NCBI GenBank assembly: GCA_964566535.1
Contig: CAZMIO010000001.1
Span: forward strand, 183,751-247,750
Length of the DNA stretch: 64,000 nt
Direction: 5' to 3'
DNA from: an uncultured Methanosarcinales archaeon
Lineage (GTDB): Archaea; Nanobdellota; Nanobdellia; Woesearchaeales; CAZOXR01
Of this stretch, positions 9,127 to 16,644 are shown in pieces (the stretch's first letter is position 1; the number at the start of each line of letters is the position of its first letter). Made by a program: the position numbers and the translations under genes. The notes beneath the pieces are model-generated. The model was not told where the DNA came from. It worked only from the letters and a program-made list of their open reading frames with translations, and did not search any database.

Positions 9127-9531
9127 ATGGAAGGTTGTTTATTTTGCAAGATAGTCGAAGGTGAGATACCTTGTGCTAAATTGTATGAGGATGAGAAGAT
9201 TTTATCTTTCTTAGATATTGCTCCTGCAAATAAAGGGCATGCTTTGGTTATGCCTAAAGAGCATTATGAGACATTACTTGATGTTCCTGATGATATTGAG
9301 CTGATGAAGGTTGTAAAGAAGGTTGTTCGTGCAATGTCGTCTGCTTTGGGGAACGAAGGATTTAATATTTTAGTTAATAATAAGAAGGTTGCTGGTCAAT
9401 TGGTTCCTCATTTGCATGTTCACATTATTCCTAGGTTTGCTGGCGATGGGATTAAGTTGAATTGGATGCCTAAACGGTATAGAGATAAAGAGATTGAAGA
9501 GTTTAAGGAAAAGATTAAAAGTTTTTTGTAA
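9127..9531 (+). CDS. HIT-family (histidine triad) nucleotide hydrolase/transferase
   Basis: HLHVHIIPR histidine-triad motif; start codon abuts the stop of the upstream phosphoesterase. Confidence 0.8.
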   Translation: MEGCLFCKIVEGEIPCAKLYEDEKILSFLDIAPANKGHALVMPKEHYETLLDVPDDIELMKVVKKVVRAMSSALGNEGFNILVNNKKVAGQLVPHLHVHIIPRFAGDGIKLNWMPKRYRDKEIEEFKEKIKSFL

Positions 9532-9644
9532 ATATTTTTATAAATTGATTCAATGACAATTCCATTAGATCCGGCTAGAAGTTTATATCGAGATATCACT
9601 AGGATGTTTGGTGCTAGTGGTGCTCGAAGAGAAGGTGAGTAAAA

Positions 9645-10970
9645 TTAATATGGTACTGTTAAGTTACCATCAACAAACTGAGTACCTAAAACTTCTACGG
9701 GTATTTGTGGTCTGTTAATTGGGTCTTTTGGAATTATATAAATGAAAACTGGATTTTCTTCTTCAAATGTGGTTGTGTAAAGATAAGTTCCTCCAAAATT
9801 TTCAACTATTTCTCTAGAGCCATATAAACCCATCCCACTAACTGGTCTATCGGGATTACCAGTCATATGTGCCATGTATGCGATTTGTGAAAGGTCTCTT
9901 AGTGTGAGATTATTCCAGGCAAAGTCATTATTCATCCATGCTAGAAATTTATCTCTTTGTTCAGGACTGCACCATGTTAGTTCTGATGGATCTTTCTCTT
10001 TCATTGCACGTCTTAAAGTTGATATCATTAAATCTATGCCTAGTGGCTCTCCTGTATCACTGAAAACTAAAGCAAAATAACCATCAGGTAGGTTGTAAGT
10101 TCCGATTGATGCTCTTCTTTCGCCGTCTAGGCTATCAATGTAGTGGGAGGTTGCTTCGCTAATAGGTATTCCGCCATCTTCTAGTTGGTTTACTGCTTCT
10201 ATTTGTTCATCGTCGAATTTTCTTAAGGAGTTTTTAGGGCCATTGTAGATTATACTTCCTATTGGCCCAGGATCCATGTGTACTTCAACAGCTTCACCGT
10301 GAATATAAATTGATCTTCTAAGAGGTGTATCAATTGGTTCCCTTACAACTCTTGCATCGAGTCTAGCTCCAAGTACTGCTGCAGTATCTTCAATTATACC
10401 ACTTAGATTTGTTCTAGGCATTTCTGGCTGTTCACCCAACCTTAGAGTTAGTAAATAATTGAAAAATTTCCAGGGGTTTGCATACATACGTGCAAGAGTT
10501 CTAGTTGAGTTGTCTAAATCTACATATTGTTGTCTAAAAAATTCTGGGTCTAATTGAAATTCTGCTGAGTCACGACGACTGTGATAATGTTGAAGTCTTT
10601 CGTCTGTAGTAACTTCTGACATTCGTGAGAGTCTGTTTCTTGGATCAACAAGAGAGTATGCTAAATGATTAATGTCGTGAGTTAGGTAACCTAAAAATTC
10701 CGTTCCAAAATGGGAGACGATTAATCTTTCAATACCTTCCTGGAAAGGGGATTCACCGATAATACTTAAGTTTATAGAACATGTTTCCGTTATCTCTCTT
10801 AGTTTTTCTACATGTTCCCTATCTAAAGGTTGTCTTTCTTCGAAAAGCATTTCGATTACTGCATCTACAGTACTGACTGTATGGCCAGGATAAGGTACAA
10901 ATTCACAACCTTCAAAATAAGCTATTTGTCTCTCTGTAAATTCTAGTAATGTTTGTAGGTCTTCTTTCAT
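9645..10970 (-). CDS. Hypothetical protein (GC-richer, R/D/E-rich composition)
   Basis: Long ORF with no recognisable motifs; codon and amino-acid usage differ from neighbouring AT-rich genes. Confidence 0.4.
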   Translation of the reverse strand: MKEDLQTLLEFTERQIAYFEGCEFVPYPGHTVSTVDAVIEMLFEERQPLDREHVEKLREITETCSINLSIIGESPFQEGIERLIVSHFGTEFLGYLTHDINHLAYSLVDPRNRLSRMSEVTTDERLQHYHSRRDSAEFQLDPEFFRQQYVDLDNSTRTLARMYANPWKFFNYLLTLRLGEQPEMPRTNLSGIIEDTAAVLGARLDARVVREPIDTPLRRSIYIHGEAVEVHMDPGPIGSIIYNGPKNSLRKFDDEQIEAVNQLEDGGIPISEATSHYIDSLDGERRASIGTYNLPDGYFALVFSDTGEPLGIDLMISTLRRAMKEKDPSELTWCSPEQRDKFLAWMNNDFAWNNLTLRDLSQIAYMAHMTGNPDRPVSGMGLYGSREIVENFGGTYLYTTTFEEENPVFIYIIPKDPINRPQIPVEVLGTQFVDGNLTVPY

Positions 10971-11083
10971 AAGAAAAAAGAGGCTGAAATAGTTTATAAA
11001 GGTTTTTATTATTACTACTATAAAGTAATTAGTTGATTATGTACACAACTTTTTTAAATAAGGTTCTTTTTCTATGGTAGTAT

Positions 11084-11205
11084 GCGGGTGTAACTCAGCC
11101 TGGTTAGAGTGCTAGACTCATATTTTTGAGTGATGAGGCGAAAGCCGATGAAAAAACTTAAACCGGGTTATCTAGAAGTCGTGATTTCGAATATCGCCAC
11201 CCGCA
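11084..11205 (+). tRNA. Elongator tRNA-Met (anticodon CAU) with a roughly 47-nt intron at canonical position 37/38
   Basis: Acceptor GCGGGUG/CACCCGC (G1-C72, so not the initiator); D-arm ACUC-AGCCUGGUUA-GAGU; anticodon stem CUAGA/UCUAG with loop CUCAUA; T-arm GUGAU-UUCGAAU-AUCGC; the intron contains GUGAUGA...GGCGAAAGCC...CGAUGA. Confidence 0.7.
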
Positions 11206-12042
11206 CTATTTTTTCTCTAATCTTTTCTTTTTCTCAGAAGTAATTAGGTAGTTATCATTAGAAATAACACTTTTGCCTAATCTTTGTTCAATGTCTTTTC
11301 TAGTAGAACCTGCAACTTCTCCGCCATCTCTTGCATCTTCTTTTAGTTTTGGAAAAACTTGGGAATCTCTTTCTTTTGTGAACCTTGTTGTAGTTGCTTC
11401 GCCCAGCATTGTTAATACTAATTCTATATCATCCATATGATCCCTTAAATTTTGGTTTTCTAGGCATTTATAATCTTTATACTCTTTTGGTGTTAAGTCA
11501 AATGTTGCCTTTGTTATCTCTGCTGTAAGGATTGAGTATTCTTTATTGGTCTTTACTCCTCTTTTATCCCATTCGTCTGTTAATTCGTCCCTTATTGCTA
11601 TTCCCCTAATCCTCTTTTCAATCCAATTATCAGAATAACCTTTGGATTTATAGAGCTCTTTCATTCGTTTTTGAGCTAATTCTGGGTCTTCTATTTCCTG
11701 AACTCTTTCGTATCCTACTTTTGCTAACCATCTTTTGAATGGTTCTGCTTTTTTTGAGGGGATGGATTGGATTATTCGAAACATGGATTTAGTGTGGGCA
11801 CAATCTGTTAAGTATCTCTTTCCATCTGCTGAGAGTAATTTCAGTTGTCGACAAAATGTCGATAACTCGGTTTCACTAGATTCGAACTCTCTTTTTTTCA
11901 AACGATACCAATAGTCTTTTGCATCGACACTATCTGTTAATGCTTCCACAATGTCAACCACTGAGAAATACCATTGTTCATTGTAATATATTCTCCTAAT
12001 GTTCTTTCCCTGGAATACAACTAATGCCTTGTTTTGGTCCAT
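11206..12042 (-). CDS. Bro-N domain protein (phage/mobile-element-associated family), paralog 1
   Basis: N-terminal MDQNKALVVFQGKNIRRIYYNEQWYFSVVDIVEALT has the Bro-N pattern; 278 aa; paralog of 39588..40424. Confidence 0.55.
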   Translation of the reverse strand: MDQNKALVVFQGKNIRRIYYNEQWYFSVVDIVEALTDSVDAKDYWYRLKKREFESSETELSTFCRQLKLLSADGKRYLTDCAHTKSMFRIIQSIPSKKAEPFKRWLAKVGYERVQEIEDPELAQKRMKELYKSKGYSDNWIEKRIRGIAIRDELTDEWDKRGVKTNKEYSILTAEITKATFDLTPKEYKDYKCLENQNLRDHMDDIELVLTMLGEATTTRFTKERDSQVFPKLKEDARDGGEVAGSTRKDIEQRLGKSVISNDNYLITSEKKKRLEKK

Positions 12043-12082
12043 TTTAAAGAATCTTAATCTAAGAATATGAGGAACATGGATA

Positions 12083-12148
12083 TTTATAAACTTTCCGAGG
12101 GTCCATGTCCAGTGGGTTGTGGTAAGAAATTATAATTTAATAGTTGAA
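12083..12148. promoter_or_regulatory. Family-1 upstream module, copy A (TATA TTTATAAA plus conserved box CTTTCCGAGGGTCCATGTCCAGTGGGTTGTGG plus AATTTAATAGTTGAA), 5' of the Bro-N gene
   Basis: Related copies at 20127..20215, 22519..22608 and 40464..40497, each directly upstream of a minus-strand gene. Confidence 0.65.
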
Positions 12149-12227
12149 TGTATCTTTTAGTGATATACAATAATGGACGAGACAAAAATAAAAAAGATTT
12201 AAATAAAATCGATTACTAGTTGATATT

Positions 12228-12701
12228 ATGAAAACTTTAGTTGTTTATTATTCAAGAACTGGAACAACAAAAAAGGTTGGTGAAGAGATTTCTAAGTTGT
12301 TGGAATGTGATAGTGAAGAGATTTCTGATATAAGGGGTAGAAAAGGCTTTATTGGCTATATTATGGCTGGGAAGGAAGCTAGTTTGAAGCAGCTTGGTAG
12401 GATTGAGAAGACTGTAAAAGATGCTAGTTCGTATGATCTGGTTGTTATTGGAACTCCTATTTGGAGTTTTAATATGAGCAGTCCGATTAGGAGATATTTA
12501 ACTCAAAATAAAGGTAAATTCAAGAAGGTTGCTTTTTTTTGTACTCATAAGGGTTCTGGTGGTGAGAAGGCTTTTTCTGAGATGGAAGAGGTGAGTGAGG
12601 TTAAATCAATAGGTAATTTGGTTCTTTCTACGAAGGAAGTTGTTGTTGATGGTTTTGTTGAGAAGGTTAAAGTGTTTGTTCGTAACATATCATCTGAATA
12701 G
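12228..12701 (+). CDS. Flavodoxin-like protein
   Basis: N-terminal KTLVVYYSRTGTTKKVGEEI (flavodoxin FMN-phosphate loop S/T-x-T-G-x-T). Confidence 0.6.
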   Translation: MKTLVVYYSRTGTTKKVGEEISKLLECDSEEISDIRGRKGFIGYIMAGKEASLKQLGRIEKTVKDASSYDLVVIGTPIWSFNMSSPIRRYLTQNKGKFKKVAFFCTHKGSGGEKAFSEMEEVSEVKSIGNLVLSTKEVVVDGFVEKVKVFVRNISSE

Positions 12702-12753
12702 ATATTTTTACCATTATTGAGTAATATAGATAGGTAAATTTATAAAATAAATA

Positions 12754-13836
12754 ATGTCTCTTTCTGCATCAGATAAAATGCCAAGGAATAAACCAGAGAT
12801 GGATTTAGAGGTAGTAAGAGAACTTCGAAGGAAGAGAAGAATAGCTCCTTTAGAGAAACGTCCAGTTAATGATGAATATAGGGTAGAGGTCAAAGGTCCA
12901 TTTGCTGAAGAACCAAAATATGATAGCTACCTTGAGAGAGTAAATGGGATTGCAAGCGATACAACTCCGATGAGTGAGGATTCTGAGCTTATGGGAATTT
13001 TAGATGCCACCAATCCTAAGTCTGGACTAGTTGCTCAGGTTGCAGGCCTAACAAGAGGACAGTTTGTGTTGGCCTTAGAGAATACTACAACAATCGAGTT
13101 ATCTGAAGGGTGCGGTCATCAATGCTTTTATTGTTGTACTGATTCATATACTAAGCTAGGTCAACAGATCCCATTTGATTTTTTAGAATATGTGTTGAAT
13201 AATCATGGAGATAGTCTCTATGATGATACTAACTTTGGAAGACAGACAGATTCATTAGATTATCGTAGATTGGTTGATTTCTTGAGATTATGGCTAGATG
13301 TTAAGGGAAAACCTTCTGGTTATGTGGTGACAAATGCGCATCTTGGAAGGAGAATTGGTGATATAAGAGAAATCCTCTCATTAGGGGTTGATGTCGTTAT
13401 GAGTAATCGGGATGAGCAGATGGAAAGGTTAGATCATGATGATGTTGAGGCATTAGAGGATGGAAATATAACTAAAGGTCATGGAAAACTCGACTTTTAT
13501 GATGTAGATGTTCAGAGCAGGCATGGGTTTTATGGATTACATGAGCATGATGGAGATGTTAGTGCAATTGAGCCTTATAGCTGTGGTGGATTTTTATATA
13601 TGAGGCCAAGTGGGTTTTATACGTCATTTGTAGTAGATGTTACTGAAGGGAATCCTCATGGAGTTGTGTATAAACCAATATCTCGTGATTTCTTTTTAAT
13701 CCCTAATATGGCACATGGAGTTGGGGGTGCACCAAATAAATTAGGGGATAAAACAGCCCTTGGATTTTTATATGAACATGAGGGTAGGATTGAAGGAGTT
13801 CCAAGGGATGGAGTAAGGGCAGTAAGGACTGGATAG
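12754..13836 (+). CDS. Hypothetical protein with a possible radical-SAM CX3CX(aromatic)C motif (GC-richer composition)
   Basis: SEGCGHQCFYCC fits CX3CXfC; immediately downstream of a flavodoxin; no other motifs recognised. Confidence 0.3.
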   Translation: MSLSASDKMPRNKPEMDLEVVRELRRKRRIAPLEKRPVNDEYRVEVKGPFAEEPKYDSYLERVNGIASDTTPMSEDSELMGILDATNPKSGLVAQVAGLTRGQFVLALENTTTIELSEGCGHQCFYCCTDSYTKLGQQIPFDFLEYVLNNHGDSLYDDTNFGRQTDSLDYRRLVDFLRLWLDVKGKPSGYVVTNAHLGRRIGDIREILSLGVDVVMSNRDEQMERLDHDDVEALEDGNITKGHGKLDFYDVDVQSRHGFYGLHEHDGDVSAIEPYSCGGFLYMRPSGFYTSFVVDVTEGNPHGVVYKPISRDFFLIPNMAHGVGGAPNKLGDKTALGFLYEHEGRIEGVPRDGVRAVRTG

Positions 13837-13892
13837 TAGATGTATTCCTAAAACAAACTTTTATATATGACTTTGTCTTCTAAATTTGGAAT

Positions 13893-14819
13893 ATGGTAAA
13901 AAAACAATTAACTAAAATATTTTTGTCTGGGAAGGACGTTTTTTCAGACATATTAGGGCAGGAAAAGGTAAAGCATGGCTTAAAGTCAGCTTTGTTGATG
14001 AACAGACACGTTATAATTGTTGGTCCTCCAGGGATTGGCAAGACAACATTAGCTAAGAATTTGGCTGGATTACTTCCGGGCAAGAATTTTGTTAGGATAC
14101 AAGGAAGTCCGGACTTAACTGTTGAGGACCTTCTTGGAGATATTGATCCAATTAAAGCTATGAAGTTTGGGCCTTTGAGTTTGGAGGCTTTTACTAAGGG
14201 TAAGATCTTTAAGGCTGACAAAGGGATATTATTCTTTGATGAGCTTAATAGATGTCCTGAGAAATTGCAGAATGCTTTATTGCAGGTTTTGGAAGAAGGT
14301 AAGGCTACAATTGGAAGCTATGATGTTGATTTTGATATTGATTTTATTTTCTTAGCTACGATGAATCCTGAAGATAGTTCTACTGAGAAATTATCTAATG
14401 TTTTGTTAGATAGATTTGATGTAATTTACATGGACTATCCTGAAAGCGTTGAGATTGAAGAGAAGATTGTTAACGAAAAGTCAGAGAAGGTTGATGTTAA
14501 ATTTCCCGAGGAATTGGTGAAGTTAAATGTTAATTTTATTAAGATATTAAGGGATGATGACAGATTGAGTAAGAAGCCATCTGTAAGAGCTTCTATTGGG
14601 CTTTATGAGAGGGCCCAGAGTAATGCTTTGCTTAAGGGTAAGAAAACAGTTGGTTTTGAGGATATACAGGAAGCAGTTATTTCGGTATTATCTCACAGAA
14701 TTGAGCTTAAGCCATCTGTTAAGTATTTGAAGAGTCCTGTTGAATTTATTGAAGAGGAATTTAAGAAAGTCTCCAGTGATTACGAAGAAATGGGCGAAAA
14801 AAGTGGTGAGGGTCCCTGA
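13893..14819 (+). CDS. AAA+ ATPase of the MoxR/ChlI (Mg-chelatase-like) family
   Basis: Walker A VGPPGIGKTT; Walker B ILFFDELNR; LLQVLEEGKATIG; LATMNPED (sensor). Confidence 0.7.
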   Translation: MVKKQLTKIFLSGKDVFSDILGQEKVKHGLKSALLMNRHVIIVGPPGIGKTTLAKNLAGLLPGKNFVRIQGSPDLTVEDLLGDIDPIKAMKFGPLSLEAFTKGKIFKADKGILFFDELNRCPEKLQNALLQVLEEGKATIGSYDVDFDIDFIFLATMNPEDSSTEKLSNVLLDRFDVIYMDYPESVEIEEKIVNEKSEKVDVKFPEELVKLNVNFIKILRDDDRLSKKPSVRASIGLYERAQSNALLKGKKTVGFEDIQEAVISVLSHRIELKPSVKYLKSPVEFIEEEFKKVSSDYEEMGEKSGEGP

Positions 14820-14859
14820 TGTTGACACACAAGTTAAGGGAACTACTGATATCGAGGAG

Positions 14860-15990
14860 ATGGATGGTAAGTTAACGAAGCAAGAAGAAAATAAATTAAT
14901 GAATTCTGTTTTGACTAACGATAAGGAAACTATAGATGATGGTAAGTTGTTGAAGGAAGCGCTTAATCAAGGTGTTAGTTCTTTTACTCCAGATTTGATG
15001 TATGAGCAGTTAGTGCATAATTATTCTATAACTAAGAAATTACTTGGGCCTGCTTTGATTAAGAGGCTTACTAGTTATGATCCTAAGTATTTAGAAAGGA
15101 ATGTAAGGATTCCTGAGTTTCACAAGATTTTGAAGGAGAAGTTAGATGAGAATATTGCGAAGTTGAAGGATGAAGGGTTAGTTGGGAAAGAAGGAGAGAT
15201 AACTGATAAAGGTGTTAAGTTGGCATCACTTATTCTTTATACTGAAGAGCTTGATAAGATGATACCTAAAGGTATACTTGGGGAGAAGGTTCATAAGAAG
15301 GAGTTTATTTACGGAGAGAAAGGGGATGTTAAGACTTATAAGAAAGGGGATAGGTACAGAGATATTGCGGTTAAGCGGTCTGCTAAATTGGCTATTAGAC
15401 GAGGTCATGATAAGTTACATAAGTCTGATTTGAAGATTTTTGAAAGACAGAGCAAAGGAAAGATTTCTTTGATTTATGCGCTTGATGCTTCTGGTTCGAT
15501 GAAAGGCAAGAAGTTAGAGGTTGCTAAGAAAGCTGGGATTGCACTTGCGTTTAAGGCAATTGATGAGAAGGATGAGGTTGGACTAATGGTGTTTGGTTCT
15601 GATGTTAAGTCTAGTGTTGCGCCTACTTCTGATTTTTCTAGGTTGCTTCTTGAGATTACTCAGATTAAGGCTAGTCGGGAGACAAATATTGCTTTAACGC
15701 TTAAGAAGGCAGTTGAATTGTTTCCTAATCGAGATATTACTAAGCATTTGATTTTGTTAACAGATGCTTTGCCTACGGTTGGTGATAAGCCTGAGGAAGA
15801 GACACTTGAGGCTGTTTCTTTGGCTAGGAGTAATGGAATTACAATTTCTATGATTGGTATTAATTTGGATAAGAAAGGAAAGGAGTTGGGTGAAAAGGTA
15901 GCTAGGCTTGGTGATGGTAAGTTTTATGTTGTTAGGGATTTGGATGAGGTTGATAAAGTGGTTCTTGAGGATTATTATAGTGTGCTTTGA
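14860..15990 (+). CDS. von Willebrand factor A (vWA) domain protein, ChlD-like partner of the upstream AAA+
   Basis: MIDAS motif LIYALDASGSMKG and LLTDALPTVG; the ORF opens at 14740 and overlaps the ATPase, so the start at Met-41 (14860) is more plausible. Confidence 0.6.
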   Translation: MDGKLTKQEENKLMNSVLTNDKETIDDGKLLKEALNQGVSSFTPDLMYEQLVHNYSITKKLLGPALIKRLTSYDPKYLERNVRIPEFHKILKEKLDENIAKLKDEGLVGKEGEITDKGVKLASLILYTEELDKMIPKGILGEKVHKKEFIYGEKGDVKTYKKGDRYRDIAVKRSAKLAIRRGHDKLHKSDLKIFERQSKGKISLIYALDASGSMKGKKLEVAKKAGIALAFKAIDEKDEVGLMVFGSDVKSSVAPTSDFSRLLLEITQIKASRETNIALTLKKAVELFPNRDITKHLILLTDALPTVGDKPEEETLEAVSLARSNGITISMIGINLDKKGKELGEKVARLGDGKFYVVRDLDEVDKVVLEDYYSVL

Positions 15991-16034
15991 TTATAACCCA
16001 TAATTTTATATATTAATTACATTTAATCTTCTTT

Positions 16035-16637
16035 ATGAAAATATTAGCATTTACTGATACGCATGGTTCGATGAAGGCTATGAAGGAGATAGCTGAGAAG
16101 GCTGTTAAGGAGAAAGTTGATCTATTAGTTTGTGCTGGGGATGTTTCTATTTTTGAGCAGGGTTTGGAGTATTTGCTTCAGAGATTTGATAAGATTGGGA
16201 TTCCTATGTTGATTATTCCAGGTAATCATGAGACTGAGGAAGAGTTAGAGAAGGTAAGTTCTAAGTTTGAGAATATTAATCATATTCAAGGGAAGCATTA
16301 TGAGAGAGATGATGTTTTGTTTTTTGGGTATGGTGGTGGAGGGTTTTCTATTGTTGATCCTGATTTTGTAAAGAAAGGTAAAGAGTTTGAGGAGAAGATC
16401 AAGAAGAGCGGAGTTAAGAAGGTTGTTTTGGTTACTCATGCTCCACCGCATAATACGAAGATAGATAGATTGAGTAAGGAGTCTGTTGGCAACAAATCAA
16501 TAAGGCAGTTTATTGACAAAGTTAAGCCTGTGCTAGTTATTTCAGGGCATCTGCATGAGAATGCTGGTAAGGAAGATAAAGTGGGGAAGACAAAAGTAAT
16601 TAATCCTGGTCCGTTTGGGAAGGTTTTAAATATCTGA
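16035..16637 (+). CDS. Calcineurin-like metallophosphoesterase (second copy)
   Basis: Motifs DTHGS, GDV, GNHE, THAPP, GHLHE. Confidence 0.7.
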   Translation: MKILAFTDTHGSMKAMKEIAEKAVKEKVDLLVCAGDVSIFEQGLEYLLQRFDKIGIPMLIIPGNHETEEELEKVSSKFENINHIQGKHYERDDVLFFGYGGGGFSIVDPDFVKKGKEFEEKIKKSGVKKVVLVTHAPPHNTKIDRLSKESVGNKSIRQFIDKVKPVLVISGHLHENAGKEDKVGKTKVINPGPFGKVLNI

Positions 16638-16644
16638 TATTCTT

